From NCBI GenBank assembly GCA_963681965.1, contig OY820579.1, positions 3,840,001 through 3,904,000 of the forward strand: 64,000 nt of DNA, read 5' to 3'. Within the stretch, counting starts at the first letter, position 1. Each line of letters begins with the position of its first letter. The notes beneath the pieces are model-generated. The model was not told where the DNA came from and searched no databases. It saw only the letters and a list, made by a program, of their open reading frames with translations. The DNA is from a bacterium. GTDB lineage: Bacteria; Electryoneota; JAOADG01. Positions 39,403-49,491 of the stretch are shown here, in pieces. The translations under genes were made by a program, and so were the position numbers.

Positions 39403-39430
39403 AAAAGCGGGATGATGTCCCGCTTTTTTT
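39403..39430. terminator. Bidirectional terminator between convergent genes
   Basis: AAAAGCGGGAT-GA-TGTCCCGCTTTTTTT. Confidence 0.8.
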
Positions 39431-39452
39431 CGTTCGGTCGGATGAATTGTGT

Positions 39453-40193
39453 TCAGCAATTCCCTCGAACTAGTGCAACCCAAGCGAGATATTTGATCCA
39501 AGGGACGTGGGCGATCGCGCGATCGATCGTCCACGCGACCCGGAAACACGGTTTGCGGAGGAATCGCGGAACGCAGACCACCAGCGGTGCAGTATAACTG
39601 TAAAAGTCGATCTGAACTTGCTTGAACGTGCTCGCAATCAGTCGGAAATCATCCAATAGAAACGGATGTTCGTCGGGTGAGCGGAGTTGCGGAGTGACAG
39701 ATCGGTAGAGTTTCAAAATCGGATTCATTCCCAGCGGTTCACTGAATAGTAGGGTGCCACCCGGTTTTAATACACGTTGGATTTCCGGAAGGGCGCGTGC
39801 CAGAACCAGATGATGGAGGATTCCCGATCCGAATACAAAATCGAAACTGTTGTCCGGGAAATCGAGTTGTTCGGCACTCATTTCGAGAAAGGTGATTCGT
39901 TCCGGCGATAGATCGGCATGGACGGTCCGCGCCTGTTCGATGGCAGTGCTAGAGATATCGATTGCCGTGACGCACGCACCCGATTCGACCAGCATCCGCG
40001 AAAATAAATCTTGACCGCAACCGAGTTGCAACACTTTTTTTCCGGCACCGAATTCCAGCATCCATGCAATGAAGCGATCGTGCATCGGTTCATTGGCAGC
40101 ATGGAATCGTTCGACCGTTCTCCGGTTTCCGGCGGCATATTCGCGATCGAAAAATTCCTTTTCGCGCGCAGTGGAATTTGTTTGATCCGTCAT
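39453..40193 (-). CDS. Class I SAM-dependent methyltransferase
   Basis: KVLQLGCG, V.AIDIS, AE.LDFPDNSFD.V, LHHL, RVLKPGG. Confidence 0.9.
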   Translation of the reverse strand: MTDQTNSTAREKEFFDREYAAGNRRTVERFHAANEPMHDRFIAWMLEFGAGKKVLQLGCGQDLFSRMLVESGACVTAIDISSTAIEQARTVHADLSPERITFLEMSAEQLDFPDNSFDFVFGSGILHHLVLARALPEIQRVLKPGGTLLFSEPLGMNPILKLYRSVTPQLRSPDEHPFLLDDFRLIASTFKQVQIDFYSYTAPLVVCVPRFLRKPCFRVAWTIDRAIAHVPWIKYLAWVALVRGNC

Positions 40194-40507
40194 TGAATAT
40201 TTTTAGACAATCTTTCTCGAATAGTGTTGCGGGTGGAATAGGGTCTCACGCATACTGAAAGATACACGGTGAGTGACTGTACGACAAGACGGCGTGATCG
40301 ATGTTGGATCGGTTGAGTAGAAAATAACAAAAAAATAAAGAGTCAGGCTAAAGCTTGACCTCCGATATACAAATCGGCATGAGATACGTATTTTTAAGTG
40401 TTATCTTGTCATCGGAACCGACACAGATATTAGCGGGTGGATGCGGGGATCCGCCCTACTTGCGATGACAATTTCCAATTGAGAACCACTATAACTTAAA
40501 AAACAAA

Positions 40508-41842
40508 TTGGGAGCGGGTTTGTTCAAGATCATCCTGCGGTATTTCTCGTCATTCGTGCTGACGATCGCGCTATCGCTACTAAGCGTCGGTGCAGTGATC
40601 GGTGCACTGGCATTCGAATCCGGCATTCACCGGACCCTCTGGTTCGAACTGCTGCTCGGTCTGCTGGCGGTGCAGCTCGTCGTTCTGACTGCGACTCGTC
40701 TTCGCGGAAGCTTGCACCGGTTCTATATCGTGGCAATTCAGTTTGGAATTCTATTGCTGTTCACCGGGTTCGTGCTTCATGTCGCCACCGGTGTCTCCGG
40801 GCAAATGACATTATCGCTTGGTAAATCGGTCGATCGAATATCGTCCACAGAGAATTTCCAACTTGAAATCGAGATGCCGTTTGTCGCATCGGCATTTCTC
40901 CCACTCCAACTGGAACGATTGCCACGCAACCCGAATAGTGCACCGTTCGTCGCCGATTTACCATTTAATCTGGGTAAGATCGCGTTGCTGCAATTCATTC
41001 CCCAGGCAGTCTCGCTCCCCGTTCTGACGAAGAGTGAAGGGGAAGGGCTGCCGGCACTCGATCTTCAAATTTCGAGCAATCAGAAACATGAAAGCCGCAA
41101 ACTATGGAGTGGCGATGCGCGCGATGGTACGTGGCAACACCCCGCGCTCGGTAAAATTCAGGTTATCTATTACGGCAACGACACACCGACGGAGGATCGG
41201 TTCGCAACGAACGATGCCGCACTGCTATTCATTACTACGCCGAATAAAATCTTCCTGCTTCAGCGGACGAATTCGGGGATTCGATTCGATTCATTGACGG
41301 TCGGACAGCAGGCGGAGATCGACGCCACGCATCTGTTTACGATCGACAATCGCGAAAACAACTTGATTGCCAGCGAGATTTTCGAACCGGCACCCAAAGG
41401 ATCGCCGGGTGAGACCGCAATCCAATTTGCACTCATCAAACCGACTGGTGAAGAATCAGACGCAGCTTGGTTGACTGACCAGATGAAAGTCCGGACAGAA
41501 GAACCCAGCGCCGAATTTTCATTGAAACCGGCAAGTCACGAGCTGGGATTCGCGATGGTGTTGCAACCGGGCGGGGATGCTTCAGAGCATTCGGTTCAGA
41601 TGATTGATCCAGATGGGGCGAAATGTGAAATCAAGATTGGTGAAAATCGATCATTCCGGCATCGCGGTTGGAAATTTACCGTCATCGGCAAACCGGACGA
41701 TCGGACAGGATCGATCCATGTGGCAGTGACTCACGATAACCGATCGGATTTATGCTATCTGATCGGGAGTATCGTATTGCTGTTAGGTTTAACCGGATTT
41801 CTATTCAATCCATTTCGCGGATACAAGAGGATGTCGGAATAA
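40508..41842 (+). CDS. Divergent ResB/CcsB-like cytochrome c biogenesis protein
   Basis: Three N-terminal TMs with WF..LL.LL, then G.M.L..G; large periplasmic region; C-terminal I.EN....H.GWKF...V.HD.....Y..G..LL.G TM. Adjacent to the multiheme cluster. Confidence 0.6.
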   Translation: MGAGLFKIILRYFSSFVLTIALSLLSVGAVIGALAFESGIHRTLWFELLLGLLAVQLVVLTATRLRGSLHRFYIVAIQFGILLLFTGFVLHVATGVSGQMTLSLGKSVDRISSTENFQLEIEMPFVASAFLPLQLERLPRNPNSAPFVADLPFNLGKIALLQFIPQAVSLPVLTKSEGEGLPALDLQISSNQKHESRKLWSGDARDGTWQHPALGKIQVIYYGNDTPTEDRFATNDAALLFITTPNKIFLLQRTNSGIRFDSLTVGQQAEIDATHLFTIDNRENNLIASEIFEPAPKGSPGETAIQFALIKPTGEESDAAWLTDQMKVRTEEPSAEFSLKPASHELGFAMVLQPGGDASEHSVQMIDPDGAKCEIKIGENRSFRHRGWKFTVIGKPDDRTGSIHVAVTHDNRSDLCYLIGSIVLLLGLTGFLFNPFRGYKRMSE

Positions 41843-41861
41843 AGGTTTTAGATTAATTATG

Positions 41862-42592
41862 GGTAAGGGCGCTCTTACGCGTCCGCCCGAACCCGATGAT
41901 AATACACAAATATTTACCTTTCGCAAAAAATATTTTTCCTGATTGCGAATAAAATCGATCTTCAACAGACACGGGCGGACGCGGAGGAACGCCCCTACCA
42001 AAAAAAGGAGTCGGAATGAATTCCGACTTACGGAAAAGAAGTGAGTCGCATGCTCGGAGGATTGCTATTTTTTGTAGGGGCGTATCGCATACGCCCCAAG
42101 CGGCAGGCAGCGCCTGACGCATTGAATGGGAGATGAGGGTTAGGGGTTGGGAATTAGGAAATGATTAAAGCATAGATTGCCACGTCCTTCATGCGCCCTG
42201 CGGCGCATTCAGTCCTCGCAATGACAGAACAGGCTACAAGATAAAAAGATAGAAGAATTGGTCAGAACAAGTTCTGACCTACGGATAAGATAGGTATTGG
42301 GTGATAGGTGGTGGGGGTTGGGAAAAGATAAATAAAAGATACAAGAAGTGGTCAGAACAAGTTCTGACCTACGGATAAGATAGGTATTGGGTGATAGGTG
42401 GTGGGGGTTGGGAAAAGATAAATAAAAGATACAAGAAGTGGTCAGAACAAGTTCTGACCTACGGAAAAGAATATTCACGCAGGCTCGGAGGCCTGCGCCA
42501 CCAACAGAATAGGGATTGGGTGTTAGGTGGTGGGTAATAGGAAAAGATAATAAAAGATACGAGAAGAGGTCGGAATAAATTCCGACCTACCG
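41862..42592. repeat. Mosaic REP cluster with two ~91-bp tandem units
   Basis: GGTCAGAACAAGTTCTGACCTAC x3, G-rich heptamers, GTCGGAATAAATTCCGAC and others. Confidence 0.85.
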
Positions 42593-42648
42593 GTTAAAAA
42601 TAAAGCAGAATAATGATGTGCCAGTAATGAACGATACTGTATTACCGA

Positions 42649-43677
42649 TTAGTACTTGATGTATTGGAATACCTGAACGCGCTGATTGTACTGATCGGCG
42701 ATGAACAGACGATCCTTCTTGTCGAATGCCAACCCTGCCGGTAGCGAAAACTGTCCGGGTTCTTTACCGGCAGCTCCGAAATAGAGCAACAGCGTACCAT
42801 CGGATTTAAACACCTGAATATTGTCGAATGCGGCATCGGACACGTACACATTCCCTTCGCTATCGATCGCAATCCCCTTCGGACGATTGAAACTTCCCGG
42901 GACATTGTCCGGCTGACCAAATGAATGCAGATACTTGCCATCCTTATCGAACACTTGAACCCGGAAATTCATCGCATCGACGACAAACAATCGCCCTACT
43001 GTATCGCAAACGACATTGGTCGGAAGATTGAATTGACCATTGTCCATCCCTTTCGAGCCAACCGTTCGCAACAGCTTGCCAGCACGATCGAAGAATTTTA
43101 GATTACAATCTTTAGTATCGACGACGATGAGTTCATGCGACACGGGATTGAATGCGACCCCGGATGGTCGAACAAACGATTTACTGGTTCCGATATCGGT
43201 GACAAAATCGTGTTTGGCATTGTACTTCTTCACCATATTCAATCGGACATCGGTCACGAACACATTGTTGCTGTCGTCGAACGCGATCGCCGCGGGTTCG
43301 ATCAATTGTCCATTACCGCTATTTCCCAAAAATGTCAATGCATCGTTGTTATTTTTCGGATTTTCATCGAACACCAACACGCAGCGGTTACCGGCATCGC
43401 TGACGTAAATCCGTCCGTTTGCGTCGATTGCAACACCGTACGGTTTAATCACTTTCGATACGGTTTCCCGTCCGGCAATGGTCTCTTTCAGCTTGTTGAA
43501 GCTGCCGCTGGTTACATCGGTTCGGTCGGAAATCGATTTCAGATAGCGCAAACGGGGTTGTTCCGGCGGAGACGGGTAGACAATATCCGTTTTCACCGCT
43601 TTACGCGGTGCGCAGCCAAACAGAAATAAACCGAATATGAATACCAATGCGAATTGGGACAGGGTTTTGCGGGTCAT
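42649..43677 (-). CDS. NHL-repeat beta-propeller lipoprotein
   Basis: Lipobox LFGC; YP.PP..PR.RYL; six repeats such as FNRPKGIAIDSEGNVYVSD. Confidence 0.9.
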   Translation of the reverse strand: MTRKTLSQFALVFIFGLFLFGCAPRKAVKTDIVYPSPPEQPRLRYLKSISDRTDVTSGSFNKLKETIAGRETVSKVIKPYGVAIDANGRIYVSDAGNRCVLVFDENPKNNNDALTFLGNSGNGQLIEPAAIAFDDSNNVFVTDVRLNMVKKYNAKHDFVTDIGTSKSFVRPSGVAFNPVSHELIVVDTKDCNLKFFDRAGKLLRTVGSKGMDNGQFNLPTNVVCDTVGRLFVVDAMNFRVQVFDKDGKYLHSFGQPDNVPGSFNRPKGIAIDSEGNVYVSDAAFDNIQVFKSDGTLLLYFGAAGKEPGQFSLPAGLAFDKKDRLFIADQYNQRVQVFQYIKY

Positions 43678-43912
43678 AGCGACCTTTCTCCGAATCGAGA
43701 TTACAGAAATAATAAAATTCTATGTCTAATCATATATACGAAAATTTGACGGGATCCGACAACTGGTTTCGCTGTTTCGAAGTTCGGTGTTTGATCAATG
43801 GTAGTAGTAGTTGACCGATCCATATTCATCTCGATCCGTCTGACATTTTTTGTTGAAGGAAAACGGTGAACGATTCGGTGAACTTGTATCGATTAGAGTG
43901 TCGGAACTACAG

Positions 43913-44012
43913 TTTTCAAGTGTACAGACAAGAGTGTCTGTACCTACAGAATTTCAAGTGTACAGACAAGAGTGTCTGTACCTACAGATACACACGGGGG
44001 TCCGCCCCTACT
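43913..44012. repeat. Two 37-bp tandem GTAG-REP units plus one further REP
   Basis: TTTCAAGTGTACAGACAAGAGTGTCTGTACCTACAGA x2. Confidence 0.8.
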
Positions 44013-44060
44013 ACCGATCGCAACTATTTCCAAGAGATACTATCGAACAAATGACTGAAA

Positions 44061-44095
44061 TAAAAACAAGGTACCGGATTGCCCGATACCTTGTT
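44061..44095 (-). terminator. Rho-independent terminator after the decaheme cytochrome
   Basis: Minus strand AACAAGGTATCGG-GCAAT-CCGGTACCTTGTTTTTA. Confidence 0.75.
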
Positions 44096-44146
44096 CGTCT
44101 TGGATAACACGCCTTAAGACCCCCCGTAAGACGTGGAACTCTTATC

Positions 44147-45709
44147 TTATCGCCATCGCTTGTAGACGACAGTACGACCAAAGTGGTTGTTGCTCTGTGC
44201 GTTTACATAAGTACCACGGAGCGAGTCTTTACCAGTATGGCAATTGACATAGCAATAGTTCACGATGTAATCGGCAATGGTATCGCCATTGGAATTAACA
44301 ATCGCGGTATCGCGAGTCGGTTGTCCCCAGAGACCAGAGGTTCTTGGTGCAATCGGCGGAATATACTTGTTGACCAAGCGATAGTAGCCAAACAATGCCG
44401 AACGTCCAACGACAGTATTTGCACCACTACCGATTCGATAGGTCGAGTCGGGATTGGTCAAGCTGTCGCGCTGCGTCCAACCAGTCTTCATGACGCCATT
44501 GGCATCCAATTCACGACCGGTGTACTTCTTGCTCCAACGTACCAGACCAACGCGACCGGTTAATTCCTGAGCCGCAGTCGGACCACCGTGGGCACCGTGA
44601 CATTCCAAACAGGCTTCCTGTCGTTCCTGCGTATTGCTGGAATTGTAGGTAACGTGCGTGTTATGTCGCGAGAATCGGATCGAGTCATTCTTCAGATAGC
44701 CATTGGGACGGCTGGATGCACTGGTACGATAGTAATACGGATCGTGACAGGCATAGCATACGGCATCGGCGACCAAGTCAAAGTTTGCGCCTTCTTCCTG
44801 ATTCATTCCAGGTACATACGAACGCTTCAACTGCGGATACGATGTCGTGCCGCCTTCGGAAATCGTGTAGCTCAAACCGTGGAGACCATTCGATGCAGTT
44901 GAGTCACCGTGACAGTCAGTACAGTTGATCTTCGACGTGCTGGTCATGGTCGGTGTTGCAGTCGATGCATTCGACCACCACGACGGGGTGACCAACATCT
45001 TATTGGTGACTGCCGCCATCGATTCGACCTTGGCAATAACCGAGTTCTTGCCAATGCCGAGAATCGGGTGATAAGCAGAACGGGTCGTATCGAGACGTGC
45101 CACCATATCGGTATGGCAAGAGAGACACAACGTCGCCTGACGGGTGGCTTTGAAACCATCGTCGTGCTTGTGGCAGTTGGTGCACTTGTCCGAACCAGCA
45201 TGCTGACCTAAGCTAGCAGTGGTCGGGTGTACGCCAGATGCGTTGTTACGGAAGATACTGGTATTGGTATGGCAAGTTTCGCAAACGCCATCGTACGGAA
45301 CGGTGACGCCGGTGGCTTCGTGAATGAAGTCGGCGGAATCGCGGAACGCCATTGCCTTGGAACGACCGTCGGGAAGGACGACTTCGTTCTTCAGATAGTT
45401 ATGCGCGTAGCCGGCTTGATGCTGGTGCGGATTGTGGCAATTCTCGCACATCATCGTGTCGCCTTGCGCGTGGACGGTCGCAGTCGTCGCCACACCGCCA
45501 GCGGCGTGACAAGTCGCGCAAACCACATTCGACAACCAATTTCTTGGTGCCGGAATCGTACCGACTGGCACGTGGCAACTTCCGCAATCCATTGCGTTGG
45601 TTGAATCGTGCGGTGCATCAAGTCGATTCACTTCTGCTAAGGACGCTGGTACGTATACGATCATCGTCAGCGCCGCTGCAATTAGAAACATTCGCGTTAG
45701 AAGCTTCAT
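44147..45709 (-). CDS. Secreted multiheme cytochrome c (9 CXXCH + 1 CX3CH), 520 aa
   Basis: CGSCH, CATCH, CENCH, CETCH, CTNCH, CLSCH, CTDCH, CYACH, CLECH, CYVNCH; signal peptide; CAGGAG RBS before ATG 45709. Confidence 0.9.
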   Translation of the reverse strand: MKLLTRMFLIAAALTMIVYVPASLAEVNRLDAPHDSTNAMDCGSCHVPVGTIPAPRNWLSNVVCATCHAAGGVATTATVHAQGDTMMCENCHNPHQHQAGYAHNYLKNEVVLPDGRSKAMAFRDSADFIHEATGVTVPYDGVCETCHTNTSIFRNNASGVHPTTASLGQHAGSDKCTNCHKHDDGFKATRQATLCLSCHTDMVARLDTTRSAYHPILGIGKNSVIAKVESMAAVTNKMLVTPSWWSNASTATPTMTSTSKINCTDCHGDSTASNGLHGLSYTISEGGTTSYPQLKRSYVPGMNQEEGANFDLVADAVCYACHDPYYYRTSASSRPNGYLKNDSIRFSRHNTHVTYNSSNTQERQEACLECHGAHGGPTAAQELTGRVGLVRWSKKYTGRELDANGVMKTGWTQRDSLTNPDSTYRIGSGANTVVGRSALFGYYRLVNKYIPPIAPRTSGLWGQPTRDTAIVNSNGDTIADYIVNYCYVNCHTGKDSLRGTYVNAQSNNHFGRTVVYKRWR

Positions 45710-45751
45710 TAAATCTGCTCCTGAAAGATTACAATTGATAAAGGTCAATGA

Positions 45752-46990
45752 TTATTTAACAAGAAGCATCTTCTTGGTCAATTCGGTCGCAGTGCCGTTG
45801 CCGGTTGCCGTCAGCTTGCAGAAATACACGCCGCTAGCCGCCGCACCAGTACTGGATTTTTCCGAATTCCAAGTATACTCGTGTTGACCTGCCGAAAGGT
45901 TTCCTTCGACCAAGGTCGCTACTTGCTGTCCCATCGCATTCCAAATCGTAAGCTTCACGTTTTGGTTCTGGCTCAAGGTAAACCGGATGCGGGTGGAAGC
46001 GTTGAACGGGTTCGGGTAGTTGCCGTTCAGCTTAAACTCTTTCGCTACCGGGTCCGAATTCGAGACACTCAAAACGATATCGTTAACGGTAAAGGAGTAG
46101 ATTTGCGAAGTTAGACTCGAAATGGCATACAGGCGATTGCCGACCATTGCGATGTCCATCGGCAGCACAAACAAATTGTGCTGTGCGTCGTCCGAGACGA
46201 TACGACCGAGATACTCGCCTTGTGCGTCGAGCATCTGCAGATCGCTTTGATACAAGTCCGAAATATAAATGCGGTTCAACTGATCAACGGCGATTCCCTG
46301 GGGACGCGTGAACGTTCCATTGAAAACCCATTCGTTGTTCGCATTCTGATAAGTGAAGCGTCCGCTCTGTCGCAGATAACTACCATTGCGGTTGAACATC
46401 TGCACGCGGGCATTGCCCTGATCTACGACGTAGACTTCGGTTTCAGACACATTCATGCAGATCCCGGCGGGGAACATGAACTGACCGTTGCCGCTGCCTG
46501 CACCACCGAAGGCGCCGATGCGGCTACCGTTGTTGCCGTAAATCTTGACTTGGTGTGCTTTCGAATCGGTTACATAAATCGAACCATTCGATGCGACGAC
46601 CATGTCGTTGGGTTTTTCGAATTCGCCGACGCCGTTACCGAGTGAACTGATGAAAACGCCATTGGCATTCAAACGATCGACTTGAGTATCATGTCCGACC
46701 AGCAGATCGCCGTTCGGAAGGACGCCCAAAGCCACCGGTTGATGAATTGCGATTTCACCGATCGACGTGCCGGTGCTCGAAAGAATTCGAATCCGGTCGT
46801 TCGCCGGTTCGGAAACATAAACTGTTCCGTTCGCGGCGACAACCAGTCGCTCCGGTTGGTTTGAACCCTGCCCGTTGATGTCCGGTGCATTAATATTGGC
46901 AGGATAAGCAAACGCGAATTGTGCAAACACGATACCTAACAGCATCATGCTGCCGACGATTATTAAAATCTTGCTATTGCGATTGGCCAT
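45752..46990 (-). CDS. NHL-repeat beta-propeller with T9SS-like C-terminal sorting domain
   Basis: Signal peptide; NHL repeats; C-terminal FKLNGNYPNPFNAST.I.F.L...IWNAMGQQV.TL...ASGVYFCKL...KKMLLVK. Confidence 0.9.
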   Translation of the reverse strand: MANRNSKILIIVGSMMLLGIVFAQFAFAYPANINAPDINGQGSNQPERLVVAANGTVYVSEPANDRIRILSSTGTSIGEIAIHQPVALGVLPNGDLLVGHDTQVDRLNANGVFISSLGNGVGEFEKPNDMVVASNGSIYVTDSKAHQVKIYGNNGSRIGAFGGAGSGNGQFMFPAGICMNVSETEVYVVDQGNARVQMFNRNGSYLRQSGRFTYQNANNEWVFNGTFTRPQGIAVDQLNRIYISDLYQSDLQMLDAQGEYLGRIVSDDAQHNLFVLPMDIAMVGNRLYAISSLTSQIYSFTVNDIVLSVSNSDPVAKEFKLNGNYPNPFNASTRIRFTLSQNQNVKLTIWNAMGQQVATLVEGNLSAGQHEYTWNSEKSSTGAAASGVYFCKLTATGNGTATELTKKMLLVK

Positions 46991-47042
46991 TGTTTTAATC
47001 CTTCGTTGCCGATTTGATATACGACTCCTCGCTATGTTATTG

Positions 47043-47057
47043 GCAAATAGTGTGCCA
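47043..47057 (-). promoter_or_regulatory. sigma54 (-24/-12) promoter
   Basis: Minus strand TGGCACACTATTTGC (GG-N10-GC), 52 bp upstream of the start at 46990. Confidence 0.85.
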
Positions 47058-47271
47058 TGCTCGGTTCTCAGGTTGAGAATTCGGGAAGAGACTTTGGAAA
47101 ACGTGGTACTCTTCGAGTAACTGAATAGATACTTCCGATATCACATTATATAACAATAGGTTATATATAGCAACCAAAAACAGGATTGGGAATACCAGCT
47201 CCCTGAAGCGGGATTAATTGAATGATATACACTACATGATCAAACGATTACATCCCCTCATCTGCGAGATC

Positions 47272-47309
47272 TGAGTGTAGGCGCTCATCGATCTGAGTGA
47301 AATGACGCA
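47272..47309. promoter_or_regulatory. Paired enhancer (UAS) candidates for the sigma54 activator
   Basis: TGAGTGTAGGCGCTCA and TGAGTGAAATGACGCA, starts 22 bp apart; same arrangement at 62276-62313. Confidence 0.7.
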
Positions 47310-47319
47310 ATGGGATTGG

Positions 47320-47985
47320 TGGTGGAGGTTAGGTGATGGGGATTGGGAAAAGACCGGTCGCGGGTGCAAGTGATGGGATCAGAAGGGTAGCGGCGGACTT
47401 TAGTCCGCGTTTTGTTTTCTTTGTAGCCGCAGGCTTTAGCCTGCGTTTTTTCTTGAATCTTGTATCATTCGCCCGATCATTTTTGGACACAAGAGGAGTC
47501 GGAATAAATTCCGACCTACGGAAAAGATAGGTTGTGGGGATTGGGAAAAGAAAAAACAGATAAACGATAGATTGCTTCGTCTCTTCGCTACGGAAGTGCT
47601 GCGCACGTTCCTTCGCTGCGTTCCTCGCAACGACAAAACAGGATACAGAATGCGGGCGGGCACGGGGACCCGCCCCTACTATAGGATACAAGATACAGAA
47701 TACAAGATAAAAAAGAGACAAGAAGTGGTCAGAACAAGTTCTGACCTACGGAAAAGATGGGTGGTGGGGGATAGGGGTTGGGGATTGGGAAAAGAAAAAA
47801 CAGATAAACGATAGATTGCTTCGTCTCTTCGCTACGGAAGTGCTGCGCACGTTCCTTCGCTGCGTTCCTCGCAACGACAAAACAGGATACAGAATGCGAA
47901 CGGGCGCGGGGACCCGCCCCTACTATAGGATACAAGATAAAAAAAGATAAAAAAACGGGCGGACATTGGAGCCCGCCCGTAGTAT
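47320..47985. repeat. Mosaic REP cluster
   Basis: GTAG hairpins plus two GATTGCTTCGTC...CCTCGCAACGACA copies (~47570, ~47814). Confidence 0.85.
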
Positions 47986-48008
47986 CATCGAATTGCGAAG
48001 AAATCCGG

Positions 48009-49400
48009 CTAGACGAGCAAACCGTGTTTCTTCATTTTGTAGCGAATGGTGTCACGCGTGATCGACAGCAACGACGCCGCGCGCGACTGATTGCCGTCGC
48101 AGAGTGCCAGTGCCTTGACAATCGCGATCTTCTCCAATTCTTCAAGCGAAAATCCTTCTTCCGGAAGATAGACTTGAATACCGCTATTGTTATTGGCGAT
48201 AGTACTCGCGGATTTGATCTTATGAAATTCGGACGGGAGATGTTCCTGCCGAATTAGCGAATCGCTTTCCAGAATCAAAACCCGCTCAATCACATTCTTG
48301 AGTTCGCGGACATTGCCGGGCCATTGATAAGAGAGAAACGACGCTTTCGCTTCGTCATCGAGACCAGTGAAATTCTTGGAGAATTCGTTGTTATATACCG
48401 AAATAAAGTGCTGGGTCAATTTTAAAATATCGTCGTGCCGGTCGCGCAATGGCGGCAGGTGGATATTGATGACTTTCAACCGAAAATAGAGATCGCGCCG
48501 GAAGGACCCGTTTTCCATCGCAGCCATCAAGTCGCGATTGGTGGATGCTATCACGCGGACATTCATCTTGATGTCCTGCATCCCGCCCAGCCGTTTGAAC
48601 GAGCGCGTTTCCAGCACCCGCAACAATTTCACCTGCATCTGGGTGCTGATTTCGCCGATTTCATCGAGCAGCAGCGTACCGCCGTCGGCTAATTCGAATT
48701 GACCGCGCTTCATCTGCTTGGCGTCGGTAAATGCCCCTTTTTCGAAGCCGAACAATTCGCTTTCGAGCAGCGTTTCCGGCAGTGCGGCACAGTTGATTGC
48801 CTCAAATGGTTTCTGGAAGCGGCTGGACTCGAAGTGAATGACCCGTGCGACCAGTTCCTTGCCGGTGCCGGATTCCCCTTCGATCAACACGGTGGTAGCT
48901 TCGGAGCTGGTGATTTTGCGAATAATCTCAAAGATATGCCGCATCTGCGGCGAATCGCTGATGATGTTGGAAATGCCGTGGGTATTGCGTAATTCACGCC
49001 GGAGCGACAGTACTTCGTTGTTGATCTTGTTCGCCTTGAGCGCCTTCTCGACGTTCAGCCGGACTTCTTCGAAATCGATCGGTTTGTTGATATAGTCGTA
49101 TGCGCCGATCCGCATGGCTTCCACCGCGGTATCGATCGTTCCGTATGCCGTCATGAAAAACACGATTGTCGACGGGGATTGATGGCGAATAATCTGCAAG
49201 ACTTCCAAACCGCTGGCAGCGGGAAGTTTGTTGTCGAGAAATACCACTTCGGGAAGCAACTTATCGAATTTCTCCAGCCCCTCTTCCCCACTGGCGGCAG
49301 TAATGGTTTCATAGCCAAGCTGTTCGAATTGTTTTGCGAGCGACCAACTAATCAATTTTTCATCGTCGATAATCAGAATCTTTAGTTTAGTTCCGTTCAT
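48009..49400 (-). CDS. NtrC/ZraR-family sigma54-dependent response regulator (463 aa)
   Basis: Receiver ILIIDDE...FLD; Walker A GESGTGKE; ESELFG.EKGAFTDA; LLLDEIGE; WPGNVREL; Fis-type HTH. Confidence 0.95.
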   Translation of the reverse strand: MNGTKLKILIIDDEKLISWSLAKQFEQLGYETITAASGEEGLEKFDKLLPEVVFLDNKLPAASGLEVLQIIRHQSPSTIVFFMTAYGTIDTAVEAMRIGAYDYINKPIDFEEVRLNVEKALKANKINNEVLSLRRELRNTHGISNIISDSPQMRHIFEIIRKITSSEATTVLIEGESGTGKELVARVIHFESSRFQKPFEAINCAALPETLLESELFGFEKGAFTDAKQMKRGQFELADGGTLLLDEIGEISTQMQVKLLRVLETRSFKRLGGMQDIKMNVRVIASTNRDLMAAMENGSFRRDLYFRLKVINIHLPPLRDRHDDILKLTQHFISVYNNEFSKNFTGLDDEAKASFLSYQWPGNVRELKNVIERVLILESDSLIRQEHLPSEFHKIKSASTIANNNSGIQVYLPEEGFSLEELEKIAIVKALALCDGNQSRAASLLSITRDTIRYKMKKHGLLV

Positions 49401-49491
49401 CTTGACGCCTCTCCCGTTCGATTCAACGAAAGAACCAGATTGTAGTTCGTTTGTATTCTCACCGGACGATCGATTGAAACCATCGTGATGA

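Noticed and set aside
40463-40475. CGATGACAATTTC matching the putative OmpR site at 3253-3265
   Set aside because: A single half-site next to a REP that also resembles the GCAATGACA repeat end; insufficient to claim regulation.
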